Positions 27,135 through 36,424 of a stretch of 64,000 bases of DNA are shown piece after piece (the stretch's first letter is position 1; every line of letters starts with the position of its first letter). A model generated the notes under the pieces. The model had not been told where the DNA came from. It was given only the letters and a program-made list of their open reading frames with translations, and did not search any database. A program made the position numbers and the translations under genes. Where the stretch lies: contig CAVVLJ010000017.1 of the NCBI GenBank assembly GCA_963749075.1, positions 736,001-800,000 of the forward strand, read 5' to 3'. The stretch comes from an uncultured Pseudomonadota bacterium. GTDB taxonomy: Bacteria; Pseudomonadota; Alphaproteobacteria; JACZXZ01.

Positions 27135-27941
27135 CTACTCGGCGGCCGGACGGCGCCTCCGCGCGTGCTCGAGGAGGCAGTCGTCCGGCAGCGTCTCGAT
27201 CGGCGTGAAGTCGCGGTTGGCGATCCAGGCCGGCCGCTTGAAGCGGCGGATCGCGTTGTCGCAGCGGTTGAGCGAGAGATAGAGGATCCAGCGCGGCCAC
27301 GGCGAGAGATTCGAGCCCGAGGCGTGCACCAGGTTGCCGTGGAAGAGGAGGAGCGAGCCCGGCGGTCCCTTGGGCGCCACGATGCCGCCCTCCTCGACGA
27401 GCCGCGCGATCGTCGCATTGTCCGTCGTCCAGAGGGGATAGCTCGTGGTGGTCACGTCGTGCGCCGCCGCGAGCCGGCCCTTGCGGTGGCTCTTCGGGAT
27501 GAACATGAGCGGCCCGTTGAACTCGTTCGCCTCGGCGAGGAAGAGGGCGATGTTCATGGCCTGCGGCGCCGGCATGTCGTCGTCGTTGTGCCAGGTCGCG
27601 TAATCCTGGTGCCACTGCCAGACCGCGCCGTCGAAGGCCGCCTTGGCGTTGATCTTGAACTGGTGCATGTAGAGCCGGTCCGAGCCGAGGAGCTGGGCGA
27701 CCGGCTGGACTAAGCGCGGATGGCGCGCCACGAGCGCAAAGACCGGGTTCCAGGTCTGTACATGGAAGGCCGTGCGCGGCGCCTCCGAGCCCTTCTCGCG
27801 CACCACCTCCTCGCGCCTCTCCGCGAAGATGGCCGGGAGCTCGGCGTTGAGCAGCGCCATCTCCACGGCCGAGAAGACTTGGGGGAGGAAGAGATAGCCC
27901 TCCTCCGCGAACTCCGCGAGCTGGGCCTCGTCGAGCTTCAT
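27135..27941 (-). CDS. Phytanoyl-CoA dioxygenase (PhyH) family Fe/2OG dioxygenase, proline-hydroxylase-like
   Basis: HQFKINAK, WHQD, NGPLMFIPKSH, HASGSN..R. Confidence 0.87.
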   Translation of the reverse strand: MKLDEAQLAEFAEEGYLFLPQVFSAVEMALLNAELPAIFAERREEVVREKGSEAPRTAFHVQTWNPVFALVARHPRLVQPVAQLLGSDRLYMHQFKINAKAAFDGAVWQWHQDYATWHNDDDMPAPQAMNIALFLAEANEFNGPLMFIPKSHRKGRLAAAHDVTTTSYPLWTTDNATIARLVEEGGIVAPKGPPGSLLLFHGNLVHASGSNLSPWPRWILYLSLNRCDNAIRRFKRPAWIANRDFTPIETLPDDCLLEHARRRRPAAE

Positions 27942-28085
27942 CGCGCGTTCCTCCGCATGACGGCGCTGGGAGCCGCCAAGCCTGCGATTTTAGCGCGAAG
28001 GGGCCGCCGAGGCGAGAGCACGGCTTTACGCCCGCAGCCGCCCTGTGGCAGGCTCGCACCCTTGGTGCTGCGGGAGGGAGCGGGC

Positions 28086-28376
28086 ATGACGCAAGCGGAA
28101 AGCATCCTCAGGACCGAGACGGACGACGTGCGCGTGACCGAGTGGCGCTTCGCACCCGGCGCCGAGACGGGCCGCCACCGGCACGGCTACGACTATGTGG
28201 TGGTGCCGCTCACAGCCGGGGCACTCCGCGTCGTGGCGGCGCGCGGCGAGACGCTTGCTACGCTTTCGCCCGGCGCCGCCTATTTCCGCAAGGCCGGCGT
28301 CGAGCACAACGTCATCAACGCGGGCGACGCCTTCCTCGCCTTCGTCGAGGTCGAGCTCAAGCGCCAGCCGGGGTGA
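28086..28376 (+). CDS. Small cupin-domain protein
   Basis: RVTEWRFAPG.TG.HRH..DYVVVP...GVEHNVIN...FVEVE. Confidence 0.85.
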   Translation: MTQAESILRTETDDVRVTEWRFAPGAETGRHRHGYDYVVVPLTAGALRVVAARGETLATLSPGAAYFRKAGVEHNVINAGDAFLAFVEVELKRQPG

Positions 28377-28378
28377 TA

Positions 28379-28471
28379 TACCCCCCCCTACCCTCCCCCT
28401 CAAGGGGGGAGGGGAAAGTTGTGGGCACGCCATGATCTGCCCCCTTGAGGGGGAGGGTTGGGGTGGGGGGT
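28379..28471. repeat. REP doublet (REPIN/BIME-like), copy A
   Basis: CCCTCCCCCTCAAGGGGGGAGGG unit, spacer, then an inverted partial unit; between convergent genes. Confidence 0.85.
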
Positions 28472-28484
28472 GCCGGCACGGGAC

Positions 28485-29117
28485 CTAGGCAGCACCCGAC
28501 CGCTTCCTCGCCACGAGGTCGATGAGCGCCGACATGCCGTTGTGCCCGCTGCCCTCGCGGATCGACTCGTCGTAGGCTCGGAGCTTGAGGATCTCCATGT
28601 CGGCAAAGCTCGCGCGCAGCAACACCTCGCTATAGAGGTTCTCCACGCTGGAGGGGCCGCCGGTGCGGTATTCGAGCTGCTTCGGGCGATAGCCGTGGAG
28701 GAGGAGGAGGCCGCCCGGCTTGAGGCACTTCTTGATGCCGGCGAAGATGGTCTCGCGCAGGGCAGGTCCCGCGAACTGGATGAAGACCGCGAGCACGGCG
28801 TCGAAGCGCTGCTCCGGCCACGCCCAGCGCGCGAGGTCGGCCTCCTCGATCTCGAGCGTCGCCTTGCGCTCGGCCGCTAGAAGACGCGTCTTGGCGAGCG
28901 CATTCGGCGAGAAGTCGATGGCGTGGACCGCGAGGCCGCGCTCGGCGAGCCACACGCCGTTCCGCCCTTCGCCGTCGGCGACCGCGAGCAGCTTCTGCCC
29001 GGGTTGGAGGAGATGGGCGTGGGCAGCGACGAAGCGGTTGGGCTCCTTGCCGAAGAGATAGCCCTCGGCCGCGAAGCGCTGGTCCCAGTGCTCGCGTGCC
29101 GAGGCGGCTCCGCTCAC
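28485..29117 (-). CDS. Class I SAM-dependent methyltransferase
   Basis: WDQRF..YLFGKEPN, ADGEGRN motif I, YRTGGP; GTGA overlap with the TauD stop. Confidence 0.87.
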   Translation of the reverse strand: MSGAASAREHWDQRFAAEGYLFGKEPNRFVAAHAHLLQPGQKLLAVADGEGRNGVWLAERGLAVHAIDFSPNALAKTRLLAAERKATLEIEEADLARWAWPEQRFDAVLAVFIQFAGPALRETIFAGIKKCLKPGGLLLLHGYRPKQLEYRTGGPSSVENLYSEVLLRASFADMEILKLRAYDESIREGSGHNGMSALIDLVARKRSGAA

Positions 29118-30184
29118 GAGGCAGCACTCTCCACGCGCTGCCCGATGCCGCCGCGCAGGGCGCCTGCAGCGACCGTGCCCCACAGCACCTCCTGGCCTGC
29201 CGGCAGCGGCCTGCTGTTCGGCATCGCGAGCCACAGGCGGTAGAGGAGGCGCGCACGCCCGCTCGCCGCATCGTCCTCGAAGGGCGTGCGGCCGTGGTAG
29301 ATGACGTGATTGTTGAGGAGCTGCATGTCGCCGGGCTCGAGCGTCATCTCGAAGGCGAGCTCGTCAGCTAGCGCCATCAGCATCTCGAGCGCCTCGCGCT
29401 CGGCCGCGGTGAGCGGCCTCACCCCCGGCACCATCTGCGCGATCTCGATGTAGGTGAGCGAGTAGTGGCTGGTGAACTTCCCGCCGACCGCACCGAAGAT
29501 GGGCAGCGCATAGAGCTCCTCCGGCCCGCTCGCCTCCTCGCCGAAGCGGCTCCGCACATAGTCGCGGTAGAGGAGCTCGACGAGGTCCGGCCGGCGCTCG
29601 AGCATGGCATTGTGCACGGCGGCCGAGCTCGCGAGCCGGCTCACCCCGCCCGCGCGAGCCTGCTGGACGCAGAGGAGGCCCACCACGTCCGTGCGGTCGG
29701 TGTGGAAGCGCAAGCGCCCGTTCGAGAGCGTGCGCGCATAGGAGGAGAGCACGGCCTGCCCGCCGCTCTTCTCGTCGCGGATCTCGCCGTAGCGCTGGCC
29801 GACGCCGGCCCCCTCGTCGTGGATCTCGCGCATGAGCTCGCCGCGGCGGTTCTGGAAGACCGGGCGGCCGAGGTTGCTGCCGATGCCGAACCAGATCTGG
29901 CGGAGCTCGTCGGCCGTATAGCGCTCGACCGGCAGGCGGCGCAGCTTGGCCATGCCCGAGCCATCCTCGAGCTCGCGCGCGACCGCGGCCAGCGTGGCGG
30001 CAAGGGCCGGGAGCGGAAAAGCCTCGCGCGCCGTCTCGTGCCAGGGAATGCCCTTGGCCCGGCAGGCGTGCAGCGCCGCATCGATCTCGGCGAGCTCGCC
30101 ATCGCTCAACTCGAAGATCCAGCGCCGCGATTGCGCCATCTCCTCGCCGCGCCAGGCGCAAGCTCCGGCAATAGCCGCGTGCAT
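29114..30184 (-). CDS. TauD/TfdA family Fe/2OG dioxygenase
   Basis: FHTD, GDMQLLNN..YHGR, RLLYRLWL. Confidence 0.88.
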   Translation of the reverse strand: MHAAIAGACAWRGEEMAQSRRWIFELSDGELAEIDAALHACRAKGIPWHETAREAFPLPALAATLAAVARELEDGSGMAKLRRLPVERYTADELRQIWFGIGSNLGRPVFQNRRGELMREIHDEGAGVGQRYGEIRDEKSGGQAVLSSYARTLSNGRLRFHTDRTDVVGLLCVQQARAGGVSRLASSAAVHNAMLERRPDLVELLYRDYVRSRFGEEASGPEELYALPIFGAVGGKFTSHYSLTYIEIAQMVPGVRPLTAAEREALEMLMALADELAFEMTLEPGDMQLLNNHVIYHGRTPFEDDAASGRARLLYRLWLAMPNSRPLPAGQEVLWGTVAAGALRGGIGQRVESAAS

Positions 30185-30208
30185 CAGGGCCTCCTCCCTC
30201 AAGCGGGC

Positions 30209-30646
30209 CTAGCCGCCCACGACCTCGAACTGCACGTCGACGTTGCCGCGCGTCGCGTGGGAGTAGGGGCAGATCTTCTCGTGGGCGTCCTTGACGAAAG
30301 CCGCGAGCTCGGCCTGGGGCAGGCTCCTGTCCTCGACGCGCATCTTGACCGAGATGCCGAAGCCGCCGCCCTCGCGCGGCCCGATCGACACGGCGCTCGT
30401 GACCCTGGCCTTGGTGGCGTCCTTCTTCTGCTGCTTGGCCACGTAGTCGAGAGCACCCCCGAAGCAGGCCGCATAGCCCGCGGCGAAAAGATGCTCCGGC
30501 GTCGCCGTGCCGGGCTTGCCCGGGCCGCCCATCGCCTTGGGCACCGAGAGGTCCGCCGAGACCGTGCCGTCGCTCGCCTCGGTGTGTCCGTTGCGTCCGC
30601 CCGTGGCGGTCGCCGTCGCGGTGAAGAGCGGCTTGATCTTGTCCAT
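30209..30646 (-). CDS. ohr: Organic hydroperoxide resistance protein
   Basis: GGRNG, PEHLFAAGYAACF, ICPYSHATRGN. Confidence 0.93.
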   Translation of the reverse strand: MDKIKPLFTATATATGGRNGHTEASDGTVSADLSVPKAMGGPGKPGTATPEHLFAAGYAACFGGALDYVAKQQKKDATKARVTSAVSIGPREGGGFGISVKMRVEDRSLPQAELAAFVKDAHEKICPYSHATRGNVDVQFEVVGG

Positions 30647-30691
30647 GTCGCCTCCGCTTGCGCTTGGATCCGGGTGATTGGAGCTTAATCT

Positions 30692-30709
30692 ATCGCGCGC
30701 CAGCGCGAT
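30692..30709. promoter_or_regulatory. ATCGCGC-N4-GCGCGAT inverted repeat, candidate OhrR-type operator
   Basis: Perfect 7-bp arms about 45 bp upstream of the ohr start. Confidence 0.4.
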
Positions 30710-30723
30710 GGCAACCCCCTACG

Positions 30724-30761
30724 CCTTCCCCTTCCCCTTCCCCTTCCCCTTCCCCTTCCCC
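30724..30761. repeat. Hexanucleotide microsatellite (TTCCCC)6
   Basis: Six exact tandem units abutting the E1-beta stop codon. Confidence 0.9.
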
Positions 30762-31741
30762 TACCCCCTCCCTTGGGCCACCATGGCCCGCACCGTCTCC
30801 GCGATGCGCGTGGGCGATATCTTGCATGCCTCCTCGAGCGGCGGCGCGTAGGGGATGGGGATGCGCGGGGCGCCGAGGCGCCGCACGGGTCCCTTGAGCA
30901 CGGCGAACAGTTCCTCCGCAGCGCTGGCCGCGATCTCGGCGCCGAAGCCGCCGGTCTCGACCGCCTCGTGGACGACGAGGAGGCGGCCGGTGCGGCGCAG
31001 CGAGGCGAACACCATCTCCTTGTCCCACGGGTAGATGGTGCGGAGGTCGATGACCTCGACCGAGGGGGCGCCTTGCAGGAGACCGAGCGCCGCCTCGACC
31101 GCGCGCAGCATCCCCGACCAGGCGACGAGCGTCACGTCGCTCCCGGAGCGCACCAGGCGCGCCTTGCCGAGGGGGATGGGGGGTGCCGCCTCGTCGACCT
31201 CGCCGGGCACCGCCCACATGTCCTTGTGCTCCATGTAGACGACCGGATCGTCGCAGCGGATGGCGCTCTTGAGCAGGCCGTAGTTGCAGGCGGGCGTCGC
31301 CGGGCAGACGACGACGAGGCCGGGGATGTGCGCGTACCAGCCCTCGAGCGATTGCGAATGCTGGGCGGCGGACGAGCGCCACATGCCGACCGGCTGGCGC
31401 ACCACCAGCGGCACGCGGCCCTGGCCACCGAACATGTAGCGCGCCTTGGCCGCCTGGTTGACGAGCTCGTCGACGGCGCAGAGGGCGAAATCGGCGAAGC
31501 GCATCTCGACGACCGGCCGCGTGCCCATGAGCGCCGCACCCACGGCAGCCCCCATGATGGTCGCCTCCGAGATCGGCGTATCGACGATGCGCTCCGCCCC
31601 GAACTCCTCCACGAGGCCCTTGTATTGCCCGAAGACGCCGCCGCGCCCGAGGTCCTCGCCGAGCGCCCAGACGGCCTTGTCGCGGCGCATCTCGGCCGCG
31701 AGTGCCGCCTTGCCGGCCTCGAGATAGCTCATGAGCGCCAT
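30761..31741 (-). CDS. 2-oxoacid/acetoin dehydrogenase E1 beta subunit
   Basis: GEDL, DTPISE, AAQHSQ, MEHK, IDLRT. Confidence 0.9.
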   Translation of the reverse strand: MALMSYLEAGKAALAAEMRRDKAVWALGEDLGRGGVFGQYKGLVEEFGAERIVDTPISEATIMGAAVGAALMGTRPVVEMRFADFALCAVDELVNQAAKARYMFGGQGRVPLVVRQPVGMWRSSAAQHSQSLEGWYAHIPGLVVVCPATPACNYGLLKSAIRCDDPVVYMEHKDMWAVPGEVDEAAPPIPLGKARLVRSGSDVTLVAWSGMLRAVEAALGLLQGAPSVEVIDLRTIYPWDKEMVFASLRRTGRLLVVHEAVETGGFGAEIAASAAEELFAVLKGPVRRLGAPRIPIPYAPPLEEACKISPTRIAETVRAMVAQGRG

Positions 31742-32721
31742 GCTTCGGCTCCCACGTCCTGCACGTCCGTCCAGGCGAGCGCCGGCGCCGGCCAGGGTGC
31801 CGCGCGCGCCGCGGCCACGGCGTCCGCGATCTCGCTCCGGGCCTCGGCCAAGATGGCGGCAAGCTGCCCCTCCGCGGCGCCGCCCAGGCGCAAGAGCTCG
31901 GCGCAGCGCAGAAGCGGATCGTCCGCCTGCCTCTCCTCGAGCTCGGCCGCCGGGCGGTAGAGTGCAGGGTCGCTCGCCGTATGGCCCTTCAGGCGATAGG
32001 TGCGCGCGAGGAGGAACTGCGGCCCGGCTCCCTCGCGCACGCGGGCGAGGAGGGCCGCCGCCGCCTCGTCGACCGCGGCCACCTCGTTGCCGTCGACCGC
32101 GCGCGCCGGCACGCCGAGGCTCTCTGCGCGCGCGTCGGGGCCGGGACCTGCCGAGACCGCGCGCGTGCGCGTCATGGCGGCGAAGCCGTTGTCCTCGCAG
32201 ACGAAGAGCACGGGGAGCTCGTAAATCTTGGCCCAATTGAGGCTCTCGAGGAAGGGGCCGCGGTTGGTCGCACCGTCGCCGAAGAAGCAGGCGACCACGC
32301 GCCGCTCGCCCTTGAGCTTCACCGCGTGCGCGGCACCAACCGCGATGGTGAGGCCGGCCGCGACCACGCCGTTCGCCCCCAGCATGCCGATCGAGAAATC
32401 CGCGATGTGGAGCGAGCCGCCCTTCCCTTGGCAGGTCCCCGTGGCGCGGCCGAAGAGCTCCGCCATCATGGCCTTGGTCGAGGCGCCCTTGGCGATTGTG
32501 TGGCCGTGGCCGCGGTGGGTCGTGGTGATGAGGTCCTCGCGCGCGAGATTGGCCATCACGCCGGCGGCGACCGCCTCCTGGCCGATCGAGAGGTGCACGG
32601 CGCCGGTGACGTGCCCCGCCTTGTGCGCCGCCTCGGCCGCCTCCTCGAAGGCGCGGATGCGCGCCATGGTGCGGTAGTGCGCGAGCAGGCGGTCTAAGTC
32701 GATGTTGGGCAAGGCTGCCAT
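31729..32721 (-). CDS. ThDP-dependent dehydrogenase E1 alpha subunit
   Basis: HLSIGQEA, THRGHGH, GKGGSLH, GDGA...CEDN, YRLKGH. Confidence 0.9.
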   Translation of the reverse strand: MAALPNIDLDRLLAHYRTMARIRAFEEAAEAAHKAGHVTGAVHLSIGQEAVAAGVMANLAREDLITTTHRGHGHTIAKGASTKAMMAELFGRATGTCQGKGGSLHIADFSIGMLGANGVVAAGLTIAVGAAHAVKLKGERRVVACFFGDGATNRGPFLESLNWAKIYELPVLFVCEDNGFAAMTRTRAVSAGPGPDARAESLGVPARAVDGNEVAAVDEAAAALLARVREGAGPQFLLARTYRLKGHTASDPALYRPAAELEERQADDPLLRCAELLRLGGAAEGQLAAILAEARSEIADAVAAARAAPWPAPALAWTDVQDVGAEAWRS

Positions 32722-32898
32722 CGGCTCGCTCTCCGGGATCGCGTTTCCGCGACAGCTTTAGCATCGCGCACGCTGGCCGGCAAGCTGCGCCGCTTCCGGA
32801 CCGGCGCAATATCTCGCTGTAATTAAAGCGAATTTCCTGTTGCGCGCGATGCCGGTTCCTGCTTCAAGACGGGCGGCGGCCAAACACGCCGCGAGGAC

Positions 32899-33771
32899 GT
32901 GGACGAAAGACCCGCGAAGGCCATGACCGCCGAGAGCGCCCCGATCCTGGTCACGGACAGCATCACGAAGCTCGGCGCCGGGGCGGCGGGAGGCGTCGCC
33001 GTCGCCGCCTCCCACGGCGGCCTCTATGCCGCCTATCTCGCGGCGCGGAGCGGCTTGCGCGGCGTCGTCCTCAACGACGCGGGCGTCGGCCTCGATAAGG
33101 CCGGGATCGCCGGTCTCGCCTATCTCGACGGGCTCGGCATGGCGGCAGCCACCGTCGACTGCCGCTCGGCGCGCATCGGCGATGGGCACGACATGATGGC
33201 GCGCGGCACCATCAGCCATGTCAACGCCGCGGCGGCGCTGGCCGGCTGCAAGGTGGGAGAGGCCTGCGCCGAATGCGCCGAGCGCATGCGCGGGGCACCG
33301 CTGGCCAAGGGCGAGCCGCCGGCTTACGCCGAGGCGCGCTTCCTCCTCCGCCGCGAGCCCGGCGAGCCCCCGGTGTGGGGCCTCGATTCGAACTCCCTCG
33401 CCGAGCCCGAGGACGCCGGCGCCATCCTGGTGACCGGCTCCCACGGCGGCCTCCTCGGCGGCAAGCCGCAGAGCGCCATCCGGGTGCAGGCGCTGGCCGC
33501 CGTCTACAACGACGCGGGCATCGGCATCGACCGGGCGGGGGTCTCGCGCCTCCCGGCGCTCGACGCGCGCGGCATCGCGGCTGCGACCGTCGCGGCGGCG
33601 ACCGCGCGCATCGGCGACGCGCGCTCGGCCTGGGCCACCGGCCGGCTCTCCCAGGTGAACGCGCGTGCCGCCGCACTCGGCGCCCGCATCGGCATGAGCG
33701 TGCCGGAATTCGCAACCCTTGTCATTGCCCGGACGAGAACCGCGGCTGAGAGCGGAGCAGAGGGATCATGA
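32899..33771 (+). CDS. Uncharacterised protein made of two tandem homologous domains (start may be ATG 32923)
   Basis: Both halves carry SHGG...NDAGxGxD.AG...LD..G.AAATV...ARIGD...G..S.VN; ATGA overlap with the next gene. Confidence 0.8.
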   Translation: MDERPAKAMTAESAPILVTDSITKLGAGAAGGVAVAASHGGLYAAYLAARSGLRGVVLNDAGVGLDKAGIAGLAYLDGLGMAAATVDCRSARIGDGHDMMARGTISHVNAAAALAGCKVGEACAECAERMRGAPLAKGEPPAYAEARFLLRREPGEPPVWGLDSNSLAEPEDAGAILVTGSHGGLLGGKPQSAIRVQALAAVYNDAGIGIDRAGVSRLPALDARGIAAATVAAATARIGDARSAWATGRLSQVNARAAALGARIGMSVPEFATLVIARTRTAAESGAEGS

Positions 33772-35519
33772 GCATGCCAATGTCCGCCAACCGGCCGTCC
33801 GGACGCATGAGCGGCGGCCGCGCGCTTGCCGAGATGCTGCGCTTAGCTGGCACCGGCCCGATGTTCGGCATGGGCGGCTTCCAGCTCCTCCCCTTCTACG
33901 ACGCGATCCGCGAGCTCGGCCTCAGGCACTATCTCATCAACGACGAGCGCTGCGGCGCCTTTGCCGCCGACGCCTATGCGCGCGTCGCGAACCGGCCCGG
34001 CATCTGCGATGCGACGCTCGGGCCGGGTGCCACGAATCTCGTGACCGGCCTCGTCGAATCCTTGAACGCCGGCACGCCACTGATCGCAATTGTGGGCGAC
34101 GCCAACCGCATGCACGCCTGGAAGAACATGACCCAGGAATGCCGCCAGAGCGACATCCTGCGGCCGGCGGCGAAGGAGCTCATCCGCGTCGAGGCGACGG
34201 CACGCATCCCTGAGCTCGCGCGCCGCGCCTTCGCGGTGGCGACCGCGGGCCGGCCGGGGCCGGTGGTGCTCGACGTGCCCGAGGACGTGTGCCACGGCGA
34301 GCACGAGTTCGCGGCCGAGGACTTCCACATCGACCCGGCCACGACGGCGATCCCGGCACGGCGCGCGCGCCCGGAGCGGAGCCAAATCGAGGCCGCCGCC
34401 CGCCTCTTGGCAAAGGCCAAGCGCCCGCTCATCCTCGCCGGCGGCGGCGTGCATCTCTCGGCGGCGCAGGCAGCGCTCACGGCCTTTGCCGAGCTGGCGC
34501 GCATCCCGGTCGCCCACACCATGAGCGGCAAGGGCGCAATCGCCTGCACCCACCCGCTCTCGGCCGGCCTCTTCGGGCGCTATTCGCGCATCGCCAACGA
34601 TCTCATCGCCGCGGCCGATTTCCTCCTCGTGGTCGGCTGCAAGCTCGGCGAGATCGCGACCAAGCGCTATGCGCTCCTGCCGCCCGCGGTGCCGATCATC
34701 CATCTCGACATCCTGGCCGAGGAGATCGGCCGCACGGCATCGCCCGAGATCGTGCTGTGGGGCGACGCGCGCGAGGGGCTCGCCGATCTCGGCGAAGCCC
34801 TCGGCGACGATGCGGCGCGGCTCAAGGCCGCGCGCGCCGGCTATATCGCCGAGTGCGCGACGCGCATGGCCGCCTGGCGGAAGGAAGCCGCACCCCGCCT
34901 CGGCTCGGGCGAGCGGCCGATCAACATGGCGCGCCTGGTGGCCGAGCTCGACCGCGCCATTCCCTCGGACGGCATCCTCGTGGCCAACGGCGGCTTCGCC
35001 GGCCACTGGACGGCACTCCTCTACGACACCAAGTCGGCGGGCCGCCATTACATCGCCGACCGCGGCCTCGCCTCGATCGGCTACGGCCTGCCGGGCGGCA
35101 TCGGCGCAGCCCTCGCCGCACCAGCCTCGCCGGTCGTGGCGATCACCGGCGACGGCGGCTTCAACATGGTGCTCGGCGAGCTCGAGACGGCACGGCGCAC
35201 CGGTGCCGCGCTCACGACCGTGGTGGTCAACAACGCGGCCTCGGGCTACGTGAAAGCGCTGCAGCACGTCATGTACGGCGGTCGCTACCAGTCGAGCGAC
35301 CTCGCCGAGATGAATTATGCGGCACTCGCCGAAGCCATGGGCTGCCGCGGCATCCGCGTCGAGGATCCGGAGCGACTGGGCGAGGCGCTCGCGGCCGGCA
35401 TTGCCGAGCGCTCCCGGCCGACGGTCATCGACGTCGTGGTCACGCGCGACGCCGGCCAGATGCTGCCGGCCGCCGACAACCGCACGGTCGAGATCAAGAA
35501 GGGCGACCGCGTGGCGTGA
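33768..35519 (+). CDS. ThDP-binding protein, acetolactate synthase/decarboxylase superfamily
   Basis: DERCGAFAADAYAR, GPGATN, RPGPV, GDGGF...NN. Confidence 0.9.
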   Translation: MSMPMSANRPSGRMSGGRALAEMLRLAGTGPMFGMGGFQLLPFYDAIRELGLRHYLINDERCGAFAADAYARVANRPGICDATLGPGATNLVTGLVESLNAGTPLIAIVGDANRMHAWKNMTQECRQSDILRPAAKELIRVEATARIPELARRAFAVATAGRPGPVVLDVPEDVCHGEHEFAAEDFHIDPATTAIPARRARPERSQIEAAARLLAKAKRPLILAGGGVHLSAAQAALTAFAELARIPVAHTMSGKGAIACTHPLSAGLFGRYSRIANDLIAAADFLLVVGCKLGEIATKRYALLPPAVPIIHLDILAEEIGRTASPEIVLWGDAREGLADLGEALGDDAARLKAARAGYIAECATRMAAWRKEAAPRLGSGERPINMARLVAELDRAIPSDGILVANGGFAGHWTALLYDTKSAGRHYIADRGLASIGYGLPGGIGAALAAPASPVVAITGDGGFNMVLGELETARRTGAALTTVVVNNAASGYVKALQHVMYGGRYQSSDLAEMNYAALAEAMGCRGIRVEDPERLGEALAAGIAERSRPTVIDVVVTRDAGQMLPAADNRTVEIKKGDRVA

Positions 35520-35551
35520 GGCAGAGCCAGAGGGATGCGCATGGGGATGTC

Positions 35552-36337
35552 ATGGCGCAGCGCTTGAGCGGCAAGGCGGCGATCGTCACGGGAGCGGCGA
35601 GCGGCCTCGGCCTTGCCATCGCAAAGCGCCTGTCAGCGGAAGGTGCGGCCGTGGCGTTAGCCGACCTCGACGAGGCCGCGGCCTTGAGGGCGTGCGGCGA
35701 CATCGAGGCGGCAGGCGGAGCCGCCATGGCGCTGCGGGCCGACGTGAGCGAGCCCGGCGACGTGACGGCACTCGTCGCGCGCACCGTGGACAGCTTCGGG
35801 CGCCTCGACATTCTCGTGAGCAATGCCGGCGTCGGCGGCACCCATGCCTTCCTCGATGAGCCGCTCGAGCATTGGCAGAAGGTGATCGCGGTCAATTTGA
35901 CCGGCGTCTTCCTCTGCGGTCAGGCGGCGGCGCGCGTCATGGCCCGCCAAGGCTCTGGCCGCATCGTCAACATCGCCTCCGTGAGCGGCCTCCGCGCCGG
36001 CAGCGGGCGCACCGCCTACGGCACCGCCAAGGCGGGCGTCATCCATCTCACGCGGCAGATGGCGCTCGAGCTCGGGCCCCTCGGCATCACGGTCAACGCC
36101 GTCGCCCCCGGGCCGGTCGACACGCCGCTCGTCGCGCGCGACCACACGCCCGAGACGCGGGCCGCCTATCTCGCGATGATCCCGCTCGCCCGCTACGGCA
36201 CGCCCGAGGAGATCGCCGGCGTGGTCGCCTTCCTCGCGAGCGACGACGCGGCCTATATGAGCGGCGAGACGCTCGCCGTCGACGGCGGCTTCACCGCGAG
36301 CGGCATGATCGCGCGCGACGTGCTGGTGCCGCGCTGA
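35552..36337 (+). CDS. Short-chain dehydrogenase/reductase
   Basis: TGAASGLG, SNAG, YGTAK, NAVAPG, VDGG. Confidence 0.92.
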   Translation: MAQRLSGKAAIVTGAASGLGLAIAKRLSAEGAAVALADLDEAAALRACGDIEAAGGAAMALRADVSEPGDVTALVARTVDSFGRLDILVSNAGVGGTHAFLDEPLEHWQKVIAVNLTGVFLCGQAAARVMARQGSGRIVNIASVSGLRAGSGRTAYGTAKAGVIHLTRQMALELGPLGITVNAVAPGPVDTPLVARDHTPETRAAYLAMIPLARYGTPEEIAGVVAFLASDDAAYMSGETLAVDGGFTASGMIARDVLVPR

Positions 36338-36424
36338 GGGAAGCGAAGCGCTGGAAATGGTAAGATCGGCCGCGGCGCAAAGCGAGGCAAAGCGCCAGCG
36401 CTATCCTGGCGGCGGAAGCTTAGA

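Noticed and set aside
27135-27941. Ectoine hydroxylase EctD
   Set aside because: WHQDYATWH differs from the EctD signature WHSDFETWH, and no ect genes are nearby
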